Assembly: GCA_029265905.1 (NCBI GenBank)
Contig: JAJUGR010000005.1
Location: forward strand, 68,753-132,752
Direction of reading: 5' to 3'
Length of the DNA stretch: 64,000 nucleotides
Source: Sporomusaceae bacterium
GTDB taxonomy: Bacteria > Bacillota > Negativicutes > Acidaminococcales > JAJUGR01
In this document: positions 40,817-51,061 of the stretch, one piece after another
How positions within the stretch are numbered: the stretch's first letter is position 1
How the letters are laid out: every line of letters starts with the position of its first letter
Notes under the pieces: generated by a model
What the model saw: only the letters and a program-made list of their open reading frames with translations
Database searches by the model: none
Told to the model about the DNA's origin: nothing
Translations under genes and position numbers: made by a program

Positions 40817-41782
40817 ATGGCGTTGGAAACAAAAAAACGCCCGAAAGCGGCGGTTATCGGTACGATTTTTGTCGATTGCAAAGGTTTTGCAGCTGGCGAA
40901 TATCACCCTCAGGGTCGAAATGTGGGGGAGATTGGCTTTGTTCATGGCGGCGTAGGACGCAACGTCGCGCAAAATCTGGCCGGGTTGGCTGTGGACACGC
41001 GCCTGATTTCAACGGTGCAGGGCAACGGGATCGGACTCGAAGTGCTGCAGCGGTTGCAGGCTTGCGGGGTTGACACCGATGCCGTTTTGCGGACCGGCGC
41101 TGGCGGAACCGGCATGTGGCTGGCCCTATTGGATGCGGAGGGAAACCTGCTCGGGTCGATTTCACAAATGCCCAGTATCGGTTTATTGGAGCAGTCTGTG
41201 GCGATTGCTTTGCAAAATGGTAATGGCGAGCGGCAAAGCTTTGTGCTTGAGGTCGATCTAAGCGAGCAGATTTCACGCCAAGTGTTTGCGGCGGCGAGGC
41301 GAGAAGGGCATGCTGTTTACGGATTGCCCGGCAATCTTTCCATCATGGAAAAGCACCCGGAGTGGCTGGGCGAAATGGACCTGTTTGTGTGCAACGATCT
41401 GGAGGCGTGTCGTTTAGCCGGCCAGGAACAGCGGCCTTTAACCCGTGAGCAGGCGGAAGCGCTTGGTCTGGTTTTGGCGGAGCAACACAAATGCCCCCGG
41501 TTAGTCATTACCTTGGGCGAGCGCGGCGCGGTGTTTTTTGAACAGGGACAGGCCGGCTTCCAAGCGGCGGAACAAGTGCAGCTGGTCGACTCCACCGGGG
41601 CCGGCGATGCGTTCTTTTCCGGCACGGTAATGGGGCTATTGTACGGGCAGACGCTTGCACAGGCGGTTTTGCTGGGGACAAAAACCGCAGCCTGGACGAT
41701 TGCCGAACAGGAAAGCAATTGCGGGTCGCTGGGGGAAAAAATAGCCCAAGATCCGGCTTTTAAAGCGGCGATCGCACAATAA
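40817..41782 (+). CDS. PfkB-family carbohydrate/nucleoside kinase
   Basis: GGVGRNVA and DSTGAGDAF signatures. Confidence 0.88.
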   Translation: MALETKKRPKAAVIGTIFVDCKGFAAGEYHPQGRNVGEIGFVHGGVGRNVAQNLAGLAVDTRLISTVQGNGIGLEVLQRLQACGVDTDAVLRTGAGGTGMWLALLDAEGNLLGSISQMPSIGLLEQSVAIALQNGNGERQSFVLEVDLSEQISRQVFAAARREGHAVYGLPGNLSIMEKHPEWLGEMDLFVCNDLEACRLAGQEQRPLTREQAEALGLVLAEQHKCPRLVITLGERGAVFFEQGQAGFQAAEQVQLVDSTGAGDAFFSGTVMGLLYGQTLAQAVLLGTKTAAWTIAEQESNCGSLGEKIAQDPAFKAAIAQ

Positions 41783-41816
41783 GAGACGAAGATTATTTTG
41801 CGCGGAGGCGATCCGA

Positions 41817-42695
41817 ATGAAACTGGGGTTTATTGGCGTAGGCGTCATGGGCAGAGGCATTGTCCGCAACCTGATGCGGGGCGGGCACGAGCTGATTCTT
41901 TACAACCGCAGCGAAAACGCTGAAGTGAAGCAACTGTTGGCGGAAGGCGCGCGCCGGGCGGATTCTCCGCGCAGCGTGGCGCAACAAGCAGACGTAGTTT
42001 TTACCATGGTCGGTTTCCCAAAAGATGTTGAAGAAGTGTACTGCGGACCGGAAGGCGTTTTCGCCGGCGCAGCGCCGGGCCTTGTCGCTGTTGATTTGAC
42101 AACAAGCAGCCCGGCTTTGGCGAAAAAATTGGCGGAGCTTGGTGAAAAGCAAGGCGTATCAGTCCTTGATGCGCCTGTATCGGGCGGCGACATCGGGGCG
42201 CGGGAGGCCCGACTGTCGGTTATGGTCGGCGGCAAGGAGGCTATTTTTGAAAAACTGCAGCCCCTGTTCCGCCTGATGGGACAAACCGTTGTCCTGCAGG
42301 GCGGACCAGGGGCCGGTCAATATGCGAAGATGGTCAACCAGATCGTTATTGCTTCGAACATGCTTGGGGTCGTCGAAGCGCTGACGTATGCCAAGGCGGC
42401 CGGCTTGGACCAGATGCGGGTATTTAGCAGCATCGCTAATGGCGCGGCCGGCAGCGCAGCACTGTCGAATCTGGGTCCGCGCATGCTCAAGGGCGATTTT
42501 GCCCCGGGTTTTTATGTCAAGCATTTCATCAAGGACATGGGGATCGCGCTTTCGTCGGCGGCGGAACTGGGCCTCCAACTGCCGGGACTGGCGTTGGCGC
42601 ACCGTTTATACGAGCAGTTAGCCGCAAACGGGTGTGAAAACGACGGCACGCAAGCGCTTTACAAATTGTATCTAAGCAATCAGGTTACCCTGTAG
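41817..42695 (+). CDS. NAD(P)-dependent beta-hydroxyacid dehydrogenase
   Basis: GFIGVGVMG, DAPVSGG, KMVNQ, FIKDM. Confidence 0.92.
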   Translation: MKLGFIGVGVMGRGIVRNLMRGGHELILYNRSENAEVKQLLAEGARRADSPRSVAQQADVVFTMVGFPKDVEEVYCGPEGVFAGAAPGLVAVDLTTSSPALAKKLAELGEKQGVSVLDAPVSGGDIGAREARLSVMVGGKEAIFEKLQPLFRLMGQTVVLQGGPGAGQYAKMVNQIVIASNMLGVVEALTYAKAAGLDQMRVFSSIANGAAGSAALSNLGPRMLKGDFAPGFYVKHFIKDMGIALSSAAELGLQLPGLALAHRLYEQLAANGCENDGTQALYKLYLSNQVTL

Positions 42696-44271
42696 CGCGC
42701 TTGGTAATCTTTATTTCAAACAGCCGATTCCATGGGAAAACATAGTCGTAAGCAGCTTGGTCAAGACCAGGATTGTTGCGCTGGAAGTCCGCCATTTCAT
42801 CGGCTACGATCAGTTGCAGTTTTCTGGCCGGCATGCCCAGCCGGTACGGATTGAGCTTTTCGGGGACGATGTATTTTTGCATCAGCATTCTTCTAATATT
42901 GGCCTGATAAGCCCAGTCATCGAGCAGCCTTTTTTGCAGAAGGGCTGCTCGTTTTTCTGGCGGCATTTGCGCCGCCAGCAGCCCTTGCGCCAAGGCGTAG
43001 CCAATTTTGTTATCCGCCGTGTTCCAGCCGGAGTAGGCGGCCAATTTTGGCAATGTGCCATTCGCGCTCAACACGGACAAGAAGCCGTTGTCCGCGCCAT
43101 TGGCATAAGCAATGTCGGCAATGGCAACGGGCGGCGTGCTCCTGTTCGCCCAATCGGCGATTGCCTCCGCTAGTTTTTGAGCGGCGAAAGACGGCGTCGA
43201 CAGATTTAACGGGTGGCTTGCTTCTAGCGTTATGCCGTCGCTTGGCGTGTTGACAGCCAAGAGCAGTTGCGCATCTTGCGGCGTCGAGACGGGAGTGCAG
43301 CCAAGGGCGAATATTTGCGCTTCCACCGACTCGCTAACTTTTTGGTCAGAATAAAGCGGGGTGGTTGCAGCCCCAGGGCCATCGGCGTATTGGACGGCTA
43401 TGCAGGGGCTTTTCCAAGCTTTTTCATGGATGGAGCGCACCAGCAAGACAAGGCCCAGCTGGTCCACTCCCGGCACTAACTGGAAACGGGACAGGGCGAT
43501 GTCGGCCGTCCGCTGCTTCATCTGTTGCGCTTCGCGATGGGTTTGGGAGAGCGGAGCGTTGTCGTCTTTGCCAATCACCAGGTAATGAAATACTTGCTCC
43601 TGGGCCAATTTAATGAGGGTGTAATTGACGGCCAGGTTTTTTTGCCGGCGCGCAAACCAATCCTGCAGAACCGCGGCGGGGATTGACTGTCGATGGTGGG
43701 CGACTTCAAGCTTTTCAGCCGGCGCTAGGCCTTCCGTCTCCTCTTTATCGAGCAGGGCGGTCAGGCGGAAGATTGCGGGGCCGTATGCTTCATAGTAATC
43801 TGGCTCCATGCCGCCAAAACTTTGTCTTGGGGTGCGCATGAGCGTGCTCAGCCCGTAGATGCGCAAGCGGGGAAAATCTTGCTTGAGTTTGCGAAATTGT
43901 TCCGCTCTTGCTAAAACCGTTCCCTGTGGCAGTTCATGCCGCCGCGAAGGGACCAATCCGCCGTAAATCAGGCTGTCGGTAGCCACGACAATTGCTTCGG
44001 CCTCAGCGGCCTGGCTGTATAGCCACTGCCAAAGCTTGGCCGGATCGCCATCCTGGCCGCGTGACGCGAGCAGTTGTTTGGGCGGGGTCAGGACGGTTAA
44101 GCCAGCGGCATCCATTGTTTCAACAACGTAGTCGAGACAGACCGGGCGGTCGTCTAAGGGTATATATAAGATCGGTTTTTTCGGAGGCGCAGCGGCCGCT
44201 GCGGCGGTTTGCGCGCCAGTTAACAAAAAAATGAAAAGCCAGGCAGCCAGAATCGATCGAAGCAAATGCAA
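42685..44271 (-). CDS. DUF4127-family exported protein
   Basis: Signal peptide, IPLDDRP, YGGLVPSR, YSGWNTA, FPWNRLFE. Confidence 0.8.
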   Translation of the reverse strand: MHLLRSILAAWLFIFLLTGAQTAAAAAAPPKKPILYIPLDDRPVCLDYVVETMDAAGLTVLTPPKQLLASRGQDGDPAKLWQWLYSQAAEAEAIVVATDSLIYGGLVPSRRHELPQGTVLARAEQFRKLKQDFPRLRIYGLSTLMRTPRQSFGGMEPDYYEAYGPAIFRLTALLDKEETEGLAPAEKLEVAHHRQSIPAAVLQDWFARRQKNLAVNYTLIKLAQEQVFHYLVIGKDDNAPLSQTHREAQQMKQRTADIALSRFQLVPGVDQLGLVLLVRSIHEKAWKSPCIAVQYADGPGAATTPLYSDQKVSESVEAQIFALGCTPVSTPQDAQLLLAVNTPSDGITLEASHPLNLSTPSFAAQKLAEAIADWANRSTPPVAIADIAYANGADNGFLSVLSANGTLPKLAAYSGWNTADNKIGYALAQGLLAAQMPPEKRAALLQKRLLDDWAYQANIRRMLMQKYIVPEKLNPYRLGMPARKLQLIVADEMADFQRNNPGLDQAAYDYVFPWNRLFEIKITKRATG

Positions 44272-44348
44272 TTAAACCCCTCCTTAGATGACTATGCTAT
44301 TACTTCGTCAACTGCCGGGTTTATCCTGCTGCCAGCGTTGCTGCGGTG

Positions 44349-44376
44349 TTGACAGAATGCAGGAGCATGCTATAAT
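44349..44376 (+). promoter_or_regulatory. Sigma-A promoter of the thrS leader
   Basis: TTGACA-16-TATAAT with extended TG. Confidence 0.75.
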
Positions 44377-44397
44377 GAAGAAAATGTTATATTATAA

Positions 44398-44627
44398 TGC
44401 ATTGAAGAGGATAGCGCCGGATTAACACCCTCTGCAAGAGAATCAGCGCCGTGGCTGTAAGCGCTGATAGAGAAGATACTCCGGAGACCGCCTTGGAGCT
44501 GACGGCTGAAATGACAGTAAGCTGATCCGGGTCCCGCCGTTATGGGGCAAGCGAGCAGTGAATACTGCTAAGTTGGGTGGCACCGCGGGCTTTGACTCGT
44601 CCCTTTCGTTTGGGATGAGTTTTTTTA
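44398..44627 (+). ncRNA. T-box riboswitch (Thr)
   Basis: AGAGA bulge, GGCTGTAA loop, ACC specifier at 44487-44489, T-box AAGTTGGGTGGCACCGCG at 44570-44587, terminator hairpin with T-run. Confidence 0.92.
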
Positions 44628-44652
44628 TTGTACTTGAAAGGGGAGGAAATTT

Positions 44653-46566
44653 ATGGGCAAAGTAATAGTTACGTTGAAAGATGGGGCGACGAGAGAATAT
44701 GAGGCGGGTACAACATTAATGTCAGTCGCTTCTGATATCAGCCGCGGATTGGCAAAAAAAGCGCTGGCGGCGAAAGTGAATGGGCAGGTCGTTGATCTGA
44801 TGCTGCCGCTGCACGACGACGCAAACATTGAGTTTTTGACCGGAGAAGACGAGGGCGGCCTCGAGGCGCTACGCCATACCGCCTCGCACATGCTGGCGCA
44901 GGCTGTGCAGCGCCTGTACGGACCGGCAAAACTGGCGATTGGTCCGGCGATTGCCAATGGGTTTTACTATGACATAGACGCGGAAAAAACCTTTGCGCCG
45001 GCTGATTTGGAGGCGATTCAAGCAGAAATGGAGAAAATCGCCAAGGAAGATCTCCCGCTTATCCGGCAGGAGTGGCCGCGCGAACAAGCGTTGGACTTTT
45101 TCCGCAAAGCCGGAGAAATTTACAAGGTCGAACTGATTGAGAACCTGCCGGCGGACGCAAAGATCAGCGTGTATACGCAGGGCGAGTTCACCGATTTGTG
45201 CGCCGGCCCTCACGTGCCGTCAACCGGCCGCGTCAAGGCGTTCAAGCTGCAAAGCCTGGCGGGCGCATACTGGCGGGGCGATGTGAAAAACAAGATGTTG
45301 CAGCGCATTTATGGCACAGCCTTTGAGAAAAAGGAACAGCTTACCGCCTATCTGACGATGCTGGAGGAAGCGGCGCGGCGTGACCACCGCAAGCTCGGCA
45401 AGGAGCTCGATTTGTTCAGCATGCAGGATGAGGGGCCGGGATTCCCGTTCTTCCACCCCAACGGCATGGTGTTGCGCAATGAATTGGAGAATTATTGGCG
45501 CGCGATCCATCGGGAGTTCGGCTATCAGGAAATCAAGACTCCGGTTATTCTTTCCAGGGCGCTATGGGAGCAGTCCGGCCACTGGGATCATTACCGGGAG
45601 AACATGTATTTCACCAAGATAGACGAAGGCGACTATGCCGTCAAGCCGATGAACTGCCCGGGCGCGATCCTTGTTTATCGCGCCAAGCTGCACAGCTACA
45701 AGGAGTTTCCGCTAAGACAGTGTGAGCTGGGGCTTGTCCATCGCCATGAATTGTCCGGGGCCCTGCATGGGTTGATGCGGGTTCGCTCCTTTACGCAGGA
45801 TGATGCGCATATTTTCATGCTGCCGAGCCAAATAAAAGCTGAAATCCAGGAAGTAATCCGCTTGTTCGACACGGTCTACAGCGTGTTCGGCCTGTCGTAC
45901 CACGCGGAGCTGAGTACGCGTCCGGAAAACTCCATGGGCGACGACGCAACCTGGGAAATGACGACGCAGGCCTTGCGTGATGCGCTGGACGCCTACGGGC
46001 TGCCGTTCAAAGTCAACGAGGGCGACGGCGCCTTCTACGGCCCCAAAATCGACTTCCATTTGACTGATTCGATCGGCCGGACCTGGCAGTGCGGCACGAT
46101 CCAGCTTGACATGCAGCTGCCGGAGAAGTTCGACCTCACCTATATCGGCGAAGACGGGCAAAAGGCGCGGCCGGTCATGATTCACCGGGTCGCGTACGGC
46201 AGCATGGAACGTTTCATCGGCATCTTGATCGAACACTTCGCCGGCGCGTTTCCGGTCTGGATGGCGCCCGTGCAGGTGCGCATTCTGCCAATCACCGATC
46301 GACAGGCCGAGTATGCGGAACAGCTCCGCCAGCGCTTTTTTGCGGCCGGCATCCGCGTGCAGGTCGACGACCGCAGTGAAAAGGTCGGCTACAAAATCAG
46401 AGAGGGACAAATGCAGAAGATCCCATACTTGCTCGTCGTGGGCGACAAAGAGGCGCAGGAGGGGCTGGTCGCCGTGAGAAAGCGCGGCGCAGGCGATCTG
46501 GGCGCGCTTTCTGTCGAGGCCTTCCTCGACAATTTGCAAAAAGAAATCGACGAAAAAACGATTTAA
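44653..46566 (+). CDS. thrS: Threonyl-tRNA synthetase
   Basis: TGS domain, RHTASH, DLCAGPH, RDHRKLG, KPMNCP, CGTIQLD. Confidence 0.98.
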   Translation: MGKVIVTLKDGATREYEAGTTLMSVASDISRGLAKKALAAKVNGQVVDLMLPLHDDANIEFLTGEDEGGLEALRHTASHMLAQAVQRLYGPAKLAIGPAIANGFYYDIDAEKTFAPADLEAIQAEMEKIAKEDLPLIRQEWPREQALDFFRKAGEIYKVELIENLPADAKISVYTQGEFTDLCAGPHVPSTGRVKAFKLQSLAGAYWRGDVKNKMLQRIYGTAFEKKEQLTAYLTMLEEAARRDHRKLGKELDLFSMQDEGPGFPFFHPNGMVLRNELENYWRAIHREFGYQEIKTPVILSRALWEQSGHWDHYRENMYFTKIDEGDYAVKPMNCPGAILVYRAKLHSYKEFPLRQCELGLVHRHELSGALHGLMRVRSFTQDDAHIFMLPSQIKAEIQEVIRLFDTVYSVFGLSYHAELSTRPENSMGDDATWEMTTQALRDALDAYGLPFKVNEGDGAFYGPKIDFHLTDSIGRTWQCGTIQLDMQLPEKFDLTYIGEDGQKARPVMIHRVAYGSMERFIGILIEHFAGAFPVWMAPVQVRILPITDRQAEYAEQLRQRFFAAGIRVQVDDRSEKVGYKIREGQMQKIPYLLVVGDKEAQEGLVAVRKRGAGDLGALSVEAFLDNLQKEIDEKTI

Positions 46567-46611
46567 ATCCCTTGACGTGGGGAATGGCCCGTGTTATCAT
46601 ACTTGTGATGT

Positions 46612-46738
46612 GGTTAAGCAGAAGCCATCCGCTTCTCACCTTTCAGCGCTGTAGCAGCTAGTAAGGTTGTTCACGTTTTCTTGTGCGAACGAGCGAACTT
46701 GTGCGGGTGGATTATGTCCACCCGCTTGATTTTTTTTG
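46612..46738 (+). ncRNA. L20 ribosomal protein leader
   Basis: AAGCAGAAGC..CCGCTTCTCACC start and GCGGGTGGA..TCCACCCGC hairpin with T-run before infC; TTGACG-17-TATCAT promoter at 46572-46600. Confidence 0.85.
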
Positions 46739-46751
46739 GAGGTGAAAAGCC

Positions 46752-47270
46752 ATTAGCAAAGATAATCTGCGCATTAACGAGGAGATCCGGGCTCGTGAAG
46801 TCAGGGTCGTATCAGACAGCGGAGAACAGTTGGGAATCATGGCACCGAGAGATGCTATGCGTTTGGCGGCTGAGCAGCATCTCGATCTGGTAGAGATTGC
46901 ACCGACAGCCAAACCGCCGGTTTGCCGGATCATGGATTTTGGCAAATACAAGTACGAGCAACAAAAACGGGAACGTGAAACCCGCAAAAAACAGCGGATT
47001 ATCAGCGTGAAAGAAGTTAAGTTGCGCCCGAATATTGAAGATCACGACTTTGATGTCAAACTGAAAAACGCGTTGCGCTTTTTGGAAGATGGCGACAAAG
47101 TAAAGATCACGATTATGTTCCGGGGCCGCGAATTGTCTCACCCTGAGCTGGGCCGGGTATTGCTCGACCGCATGGCGGAGTGCATCCGTGAACTGGCGAT
47201 TATCGAGCGGGAACCAAAGCTGGAAGGGAAAAACATGATCATGATTGCTTCGCCAAAGGCGAACAAATAA
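46752..47270 (+). CDS. infC: Translation initiation factor IF-3 (ATT start)
   Basis: GGAGGTG RBS then ATT AGC AAA GAT AAT CTG CGC ATT AAC GAG (RINEEIR); PPVCRIMDFGKYKY. Confidence 0.96.
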   Translation: MSKDNLRINEEIRAREVRVVSDSGEQLGIMAPRDAMRLAAEQHLDLVEIAPTAKPPVCRIMDFGKYKYEQQKRERETRKKQRIISVKEVKLRPNIEDHDFDVKLKNALRFLEDGDKVKITIMFRGRELSHPELGRVLLDRMAECIRELAIIEREPKLEGKNMIMIASPKANK

Positions 47271-47299
47271 AGCATGCTAGATGAGGAGGAAGACTTCTT

Positions 47300-47497
47300 A
47301 TGCCAAAGATGAAAACGCGCAGAAGTGCCGCGAAACGTTTCAAGGTGACTGGTACCGGTGAATTTAAACGTGCGCAGGCTTTCAAAAAACACATCCTGGA
47401 GAAAAAATCTCCAGCACGCAAACGCGCTTTGCGTAAAGCGGCATTGGTTAGCAAATCTGACCATGATCGCGTTGTTAAAATGTTGCCCTACGCTTAA
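47300..47497 (+). CDS. rpmI: 50S ribosomal protein L35
   Basis: [15 protein letters not shown]. Confidence 0.98.
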   Translation: MPKMKTRRSAAKRFKVTGTGEFKRAQAFKKHILEKKSPARKRALRKAALVSKSDHDRVVKMLPYA

Positions 47498-47535
47498 TGA
47501 GTGCAAAACAAGCATAACTGAAGGAGGTTTTCACC

Positions 47536-47892
47536 ATGCCACGTGTGAAAATTGGTGTAACTGCGCATAAAAGACATAAAAAGATCCTGAAGATGGCCAA
47601 AGGCTACAAAGGATCGAAGAGCAAGCAGTTCAAAAAAGCAAATGAAACCGTAATGAAAGCGTTGTATTACGCGCGCCGCGACCGTCGTGCGAAGAAAGGC
47701 GAATTCCGCCGTCTGTGGATCGCCCGTATCAATGCTGCAGCTAGACTGAACGGCATTTCCTACAGCCGTTTGATGAGCGGCTTGAAAAAAGCCGGCGTTG
47801 AAGTTAACCGCAAAATCCTTGCGGATTTGGCGATCGTTGACGCAGCTGCCTTTACGAAACTTGTTGAAGTTGCTAAAAACGCTCATAACTAA
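47536..47892 (+). CDS. rplT: 50S ribosomal protein L20
   Basis: MPRVK...[12 protein letters not shown]...NRKILADLA. Confidence 0.98.
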   Translation: MPRVKIGVTAHKRHKKILKMAKGYKGSKSKQFKKANETVMKALYYARRDRRAKKGEFRRLWIARINAAARLNGISYSRLMSGLKKAGVEVNRKILADLAIVDAAAFTKLVEVAKNAHN

Positions 47893-47894
47893 CG

Positions 47895-47928
47895 AATCGG
47901 CTCGCCTAGTGCGAGCCGGTTTTTTTTG
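47895..47928 (+). terminator. Intrinsic terminator after rplT
   Basis: CGGCTCGC-ctagt-GCGAGCCG followed by T-run. Confidence 0.85.
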
Positions 47929-48043
47929 CGGCAAATTAACTGATTTTTCGATAAAAACAATATTGGCTGACAGGATTTCGCCGTTTGATCAAGAATAGTA
48001 ACAACAATGGAATGATCCACTAAAAAGCGAGGAGGGGATTCCA

Positions 48044-48859
48044 ATGGCTCTTGTTGCTATGAACCAGTTGTTGGAGAAGGCGCATGAACAGTCCTATGCG
48101 GTCGGCGGGTTTAATGTGTTTAACTTTGAAACGATGGGTGCTGTAATTGAAGTGGCCGAAGAATTGAAGGCCCCGGTGATTCTTGGTCTTCCAGAGCGGT
48201 TGTTTAAATTTGTCGACGTTGATCTGTTGGGGGTTGCTATGGTGCGGGCGGCCAATCGCTCGTCTGTGCCGATTGCCATCCACCTGGACCACAGCCATTC
48301 TTATGAAGGGGTTATGCGCGCCATCCGCTGGGGATTCACTTCAATCATGTTTGACGGATCTTCGCTCGAATATGACGAAAACTTGAAACGGACGAAGGAA
48401 ATCGCCAAGGTCGCCCATGCGTTGGGCATTTCCGTTGAGGGCGAATTGAGCGGGAAAAATGGTGCGGAGCTGACGAAAGAGCAGGTTGCAGATTTTGTGG
48501 AAAAGACGCGCGTTGATGCCATTGCGATCGGCGTCGGGGCCGATCATGGCGGTGACGGCGACGAACGCAGACTCCATAAAATGCGGGAGATAAAGGCCGT
48601 TGCCGGCGTGCCGTTTGTGTTGCACGGCTTTTCCAAAGTGGGGTTGCGCAGCCAATCCTACAAGCCCTACATTGAAGCGGGCGTGTCGAAGATCAATGTT
48701 GCGACGGATATGTCGGCGGCTGCGGCGGCGACACTGAAAGAGGAATTAAAAAAACACCCCGAATCAAATTATATTCATCTGATGACGGAAGTGAAAAAGG
48801 GCGTAAAAGAATCCGTCCGGCGCTATATGATTGGTTTCGGGAGTTTTGCCAAAATATGA
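48044..48859 (+). CDS. Divergent class II fructose-bisphosphate aldolase-family protein
   Basis: YAVGGFN, IHLDH, SIMFDGS, VEGEL, VLHG, KINVAT; AGGATTT-14-GAAT SigH-like promoter at 47972-47996. Confidence 0.85.
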   Translation: MALVAMNQLLEKAHEQSYAVGGFNVFNFETMGAVIEVAEELKAPVILGLPERLFKFVDVDLLGVAMVRAANRSSVPIAIHLDHSHSYEGVMRAIRWGFTSIMFDGSSLEYDENLKRTKEIAKVAHALGISVEGELSGKNGAELTKEQVADFVEKTRVDAIAIGVGADHGGDGDERRLHKMREIKAVAGVPFVLHGFSKVGLRSQSYKPYIEAGVSKINVATDMSAAAAATLKEELKKHPESNYIHLMTEVKKGVKESVRRYMIGFGSFAKI

Positions 48860-49037
48860 ATGCTCGCGGCAAGGGGCCAACGTCCCTTGCTTTTTTCTGC
48901 ACGCCGGACGGCAAACGAAGGCGTGCGCGTGTAAAGAATACATAAAAAATAGCCGGAGCCGCTTATCAACTGCGAACAAGTGTATTATAATGTTTGAAGA
49001 TTTTATTGTTCAGGACAACAAGAGCGGCTTGGGGTGA

Positions 49038-50384
49038 GTGGATATAATGGGCAGTAGAGAAGGCTGGCGTCCCACGCCTTATCAGATTTTGGCGCTTGGG
49101 TTTGCCGGGGTTATCTTATTAGGGGCGTTGCTCTTGATGACGCCGTGGGTTGCGCAAGAGGGGAAGGGTTTGTCGTTTGTCGACGCCTTGTTTACGGCGA
49201 CCTCGGCTGTCTGCGTTACCGGGCTGGTTGTTGTGGACACGGGAACTTATTTCAACACGTTCGGCCAACTGGTCGTGATTTCGCTGATCCAAATTGGCGG
49301 CTTAGGCTTCATGACGATGGCCACGATGATGAGCATTGCTTTTGGCAAGCGGATTAATTTGCGTGAGCGCCTGATCATGCAAGAGGCGCTCAACCAGTTG
49401 AATTATTCCGGGGTCGTCCGCTTAACGCTGAATGTCTTAAAAATCACTCTGGCGATCGAATTTATCGGCGGAACGGTGCTGGCCTGGCGTTTTTTTCAGG
49501 ACTACGGCTGGTACGGTGTTTACCTCGGCTACTGGCACGCCGTTTCTTCCTTTTGCAATGCCGGGTTTGACCTGATTGGCGGCTTCCGCAGCATGACCCC
49601 TTATGTGGGCGATGTTACCATCAACCTGGCCATCACCGTCTTGATCATTTTCGGCGGCATCGGCTTTACGGTCATTTTGGAACTGCTGCAGCGGCGTGGC
49701 CGGCTTTGGCAGTGCAGCCTGCATACGCGGATTGTCGTGTTGACGACTGGCTTTTTGATCGCATTCGGCGCGGTGGGGATTTATGCGCTGGAAAGCCATA
49801 ACCCGGCGACGTTCGGTGCATTAACGACCGGCGAACGGGTCTTGGCCAGCTATTTTCACTCCGTTTCACCGCGAACGGCCGGGTTTAATACAATCGACAT
49901 CGGCGCGATGCGCGATGTCACGATTTTTTTTACAATCATCCTCATGTTCATCGGCGCTTCCCCCAGTTCCACCGGTGGCGGCATCAAGACGTCGACCTTT
50001 GCCATCCTGGTTCTTTCCGCCTGGGCGCTGATTCGCGGCAAAACGGAGGTCAATGTTTTTAACCGCAGCATCGACGAGCGGACGGTGCACCGCGCTTTTG
50101 TTATCATGTCGATCGCCGCAACTTTGGTCATGACAATAACGTTTATTTTGGCGGCGATTGAAGAAATGCCGTTTTTGCATCTGTTGTTCGAGGTGACATC
50201 AGCGTTTGGCACGGTCGGACTCTCGTGCGGCATCACGACGTCGCTCAGCGATGCAAGCAAATTGCTCGTTACGCTGACGATGTTCGCGGGCCGGGTCGGT
50301 CCGCTGACGCTGGCCCTGGCCTTGGCCCTCAAGGCGCGACATAGTTTAATTCGATATCCGGAAGGCCGGATAATCATTGGATAG
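49038..50384 (+). CDS. ktrB: Trk/Ktr potassium uptake membrane subunit
   Basis: SAVCVTGL, FCNAGF, RTAGF, SAFGTVGLS pore loops. Confidence 0.92.
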   Translation: MDIMGSREGWRPTPYQILALGFAGVILLGALLLMTPWVAQEGKGLSFVDALFTATSAVCVTGLVVVDTGTYFNTFGQLVVISLIQIGGLGFMTMATMMSIAFGKRINLRERLIMQEALNQLNYSGVVRLTLNVLKITLAIEFIGGTVLAWRFFQDYGWYGVYLGYWHAVSSFCNAGFDLIGGFRSMTPYVGDVTINLAITVLIIFGGIGFTVILELLQRRGRLWQCSLHTRIVVLTTGFLIAFGAVGIYALESHNPATFGALTTGERVLASYFHSVSPRTAGFNTIDIGAMRDVTIFFTIILMFIGASPSSTGGGIKTSTFAILVLSAWALIRGKTEVNVFNRSIDERTVHRAFVIMSIAATLVMTITFILAAIEEMPFLHLLFEVTSAFGTVGLSCGITTSLSDASKLLVTLTMFAGRVGPLTLALALALKARHSLIRYPEGRIIIG

Positions 50385-50395
50385 AGGTGTTGAAA

Positions 50396-51061
50396 ATGGG
50401 AGGAAACAACAAGCAATTTGCCGTGATTGGCTTGGGGCGGTTTGGCACGACGGTGGCAAAGGCGCTTTATCGCTTGGGTTATGATGTGCTGGCGGTTGAC
50501 AGCGACGAGGAGCGCGTGCATGCCTTCAGCAATGAAGCGACGCATGTCGTTCAGGCAGACTCGACGGATGAGGAAACGCTCAAGGCGCTGGGCATCCGGA
50601 ATTTTGACGTGGTTGTTGTCGCGATCGGGCAGGACATTCAGGCGAATATGATGGCGACGCTGTTGCTGCGCGAGCTGGGCGTGCCGTATATCGTCGTAAA
50701 AGCGGCCAACGCGCTGCATGGAAAGATGCTGGAGAAAATCGGCGCCGACCGAGTTGTTTATCCGGAACGAGACATGGGGCTGCGGCTAGCGCACAATCTG
50801 GTGTCAAGCAATATTCTTGACTTCATTGAACTTTCGCCGAATCTAAGCATCGTTGAAATCAGCGCACCTGCCTTTGTGGTCGGTCAGACGCTTGTCCAAA
50901 GCAATCTGCGCGCCTTGTATGAAGTCAACGTCGTGGCCTTGAAGCGTGGCGACGATATTAAGGTGCCGCCGAAGCCGGAGGAAGTAATCATGGAGGGCGA
51001 CGTTCTCGTTCTCGTCGGCAATAACGAGGGGCTCAGGCGGTTGGAGGCAGAAGTCCAATGA
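50396..51061 (+). CDS. ktrA: Trk/Ktr RCK regulatory subunit
   Basis: VIGLGRFG, KIGADRVVYPERDMG, RCK_C domain. Confidence 0.92.
   Translation: MGGNNKQFAVIGLGRFGTTVAKALYRLGYDVLAVDSDEERVHAFSNEATHVVQADSTDEETLKALGIRNFDVVVVAIGQDIQANMMATLLLRELGVPYIVVKAANALHGKMLEKIGADRVVYPERDMGLRLAHNLVSSNILDFIELSPNLSIVEISAPAFVVGQTLVQSNLRALYEVNVVALKRGDDIKVPPKPEEVIMEGDVLVLVGNNEGLRRLEAEVQ

Noticed and set aside
46752-46754. ATT start codon of infC
   Set aside because: Real, but a well-known IF-3 autoregulation feature and not novel.
48860-49037. Possible c-di-AMP riboswitch or LexA box upstream of ktrB
   Set aside because: No ydaO-type conserved motifs; a TATAAT lies close to the start, leaving little leader; GAAC-AAGT-GTAT matches only half an SOS box.
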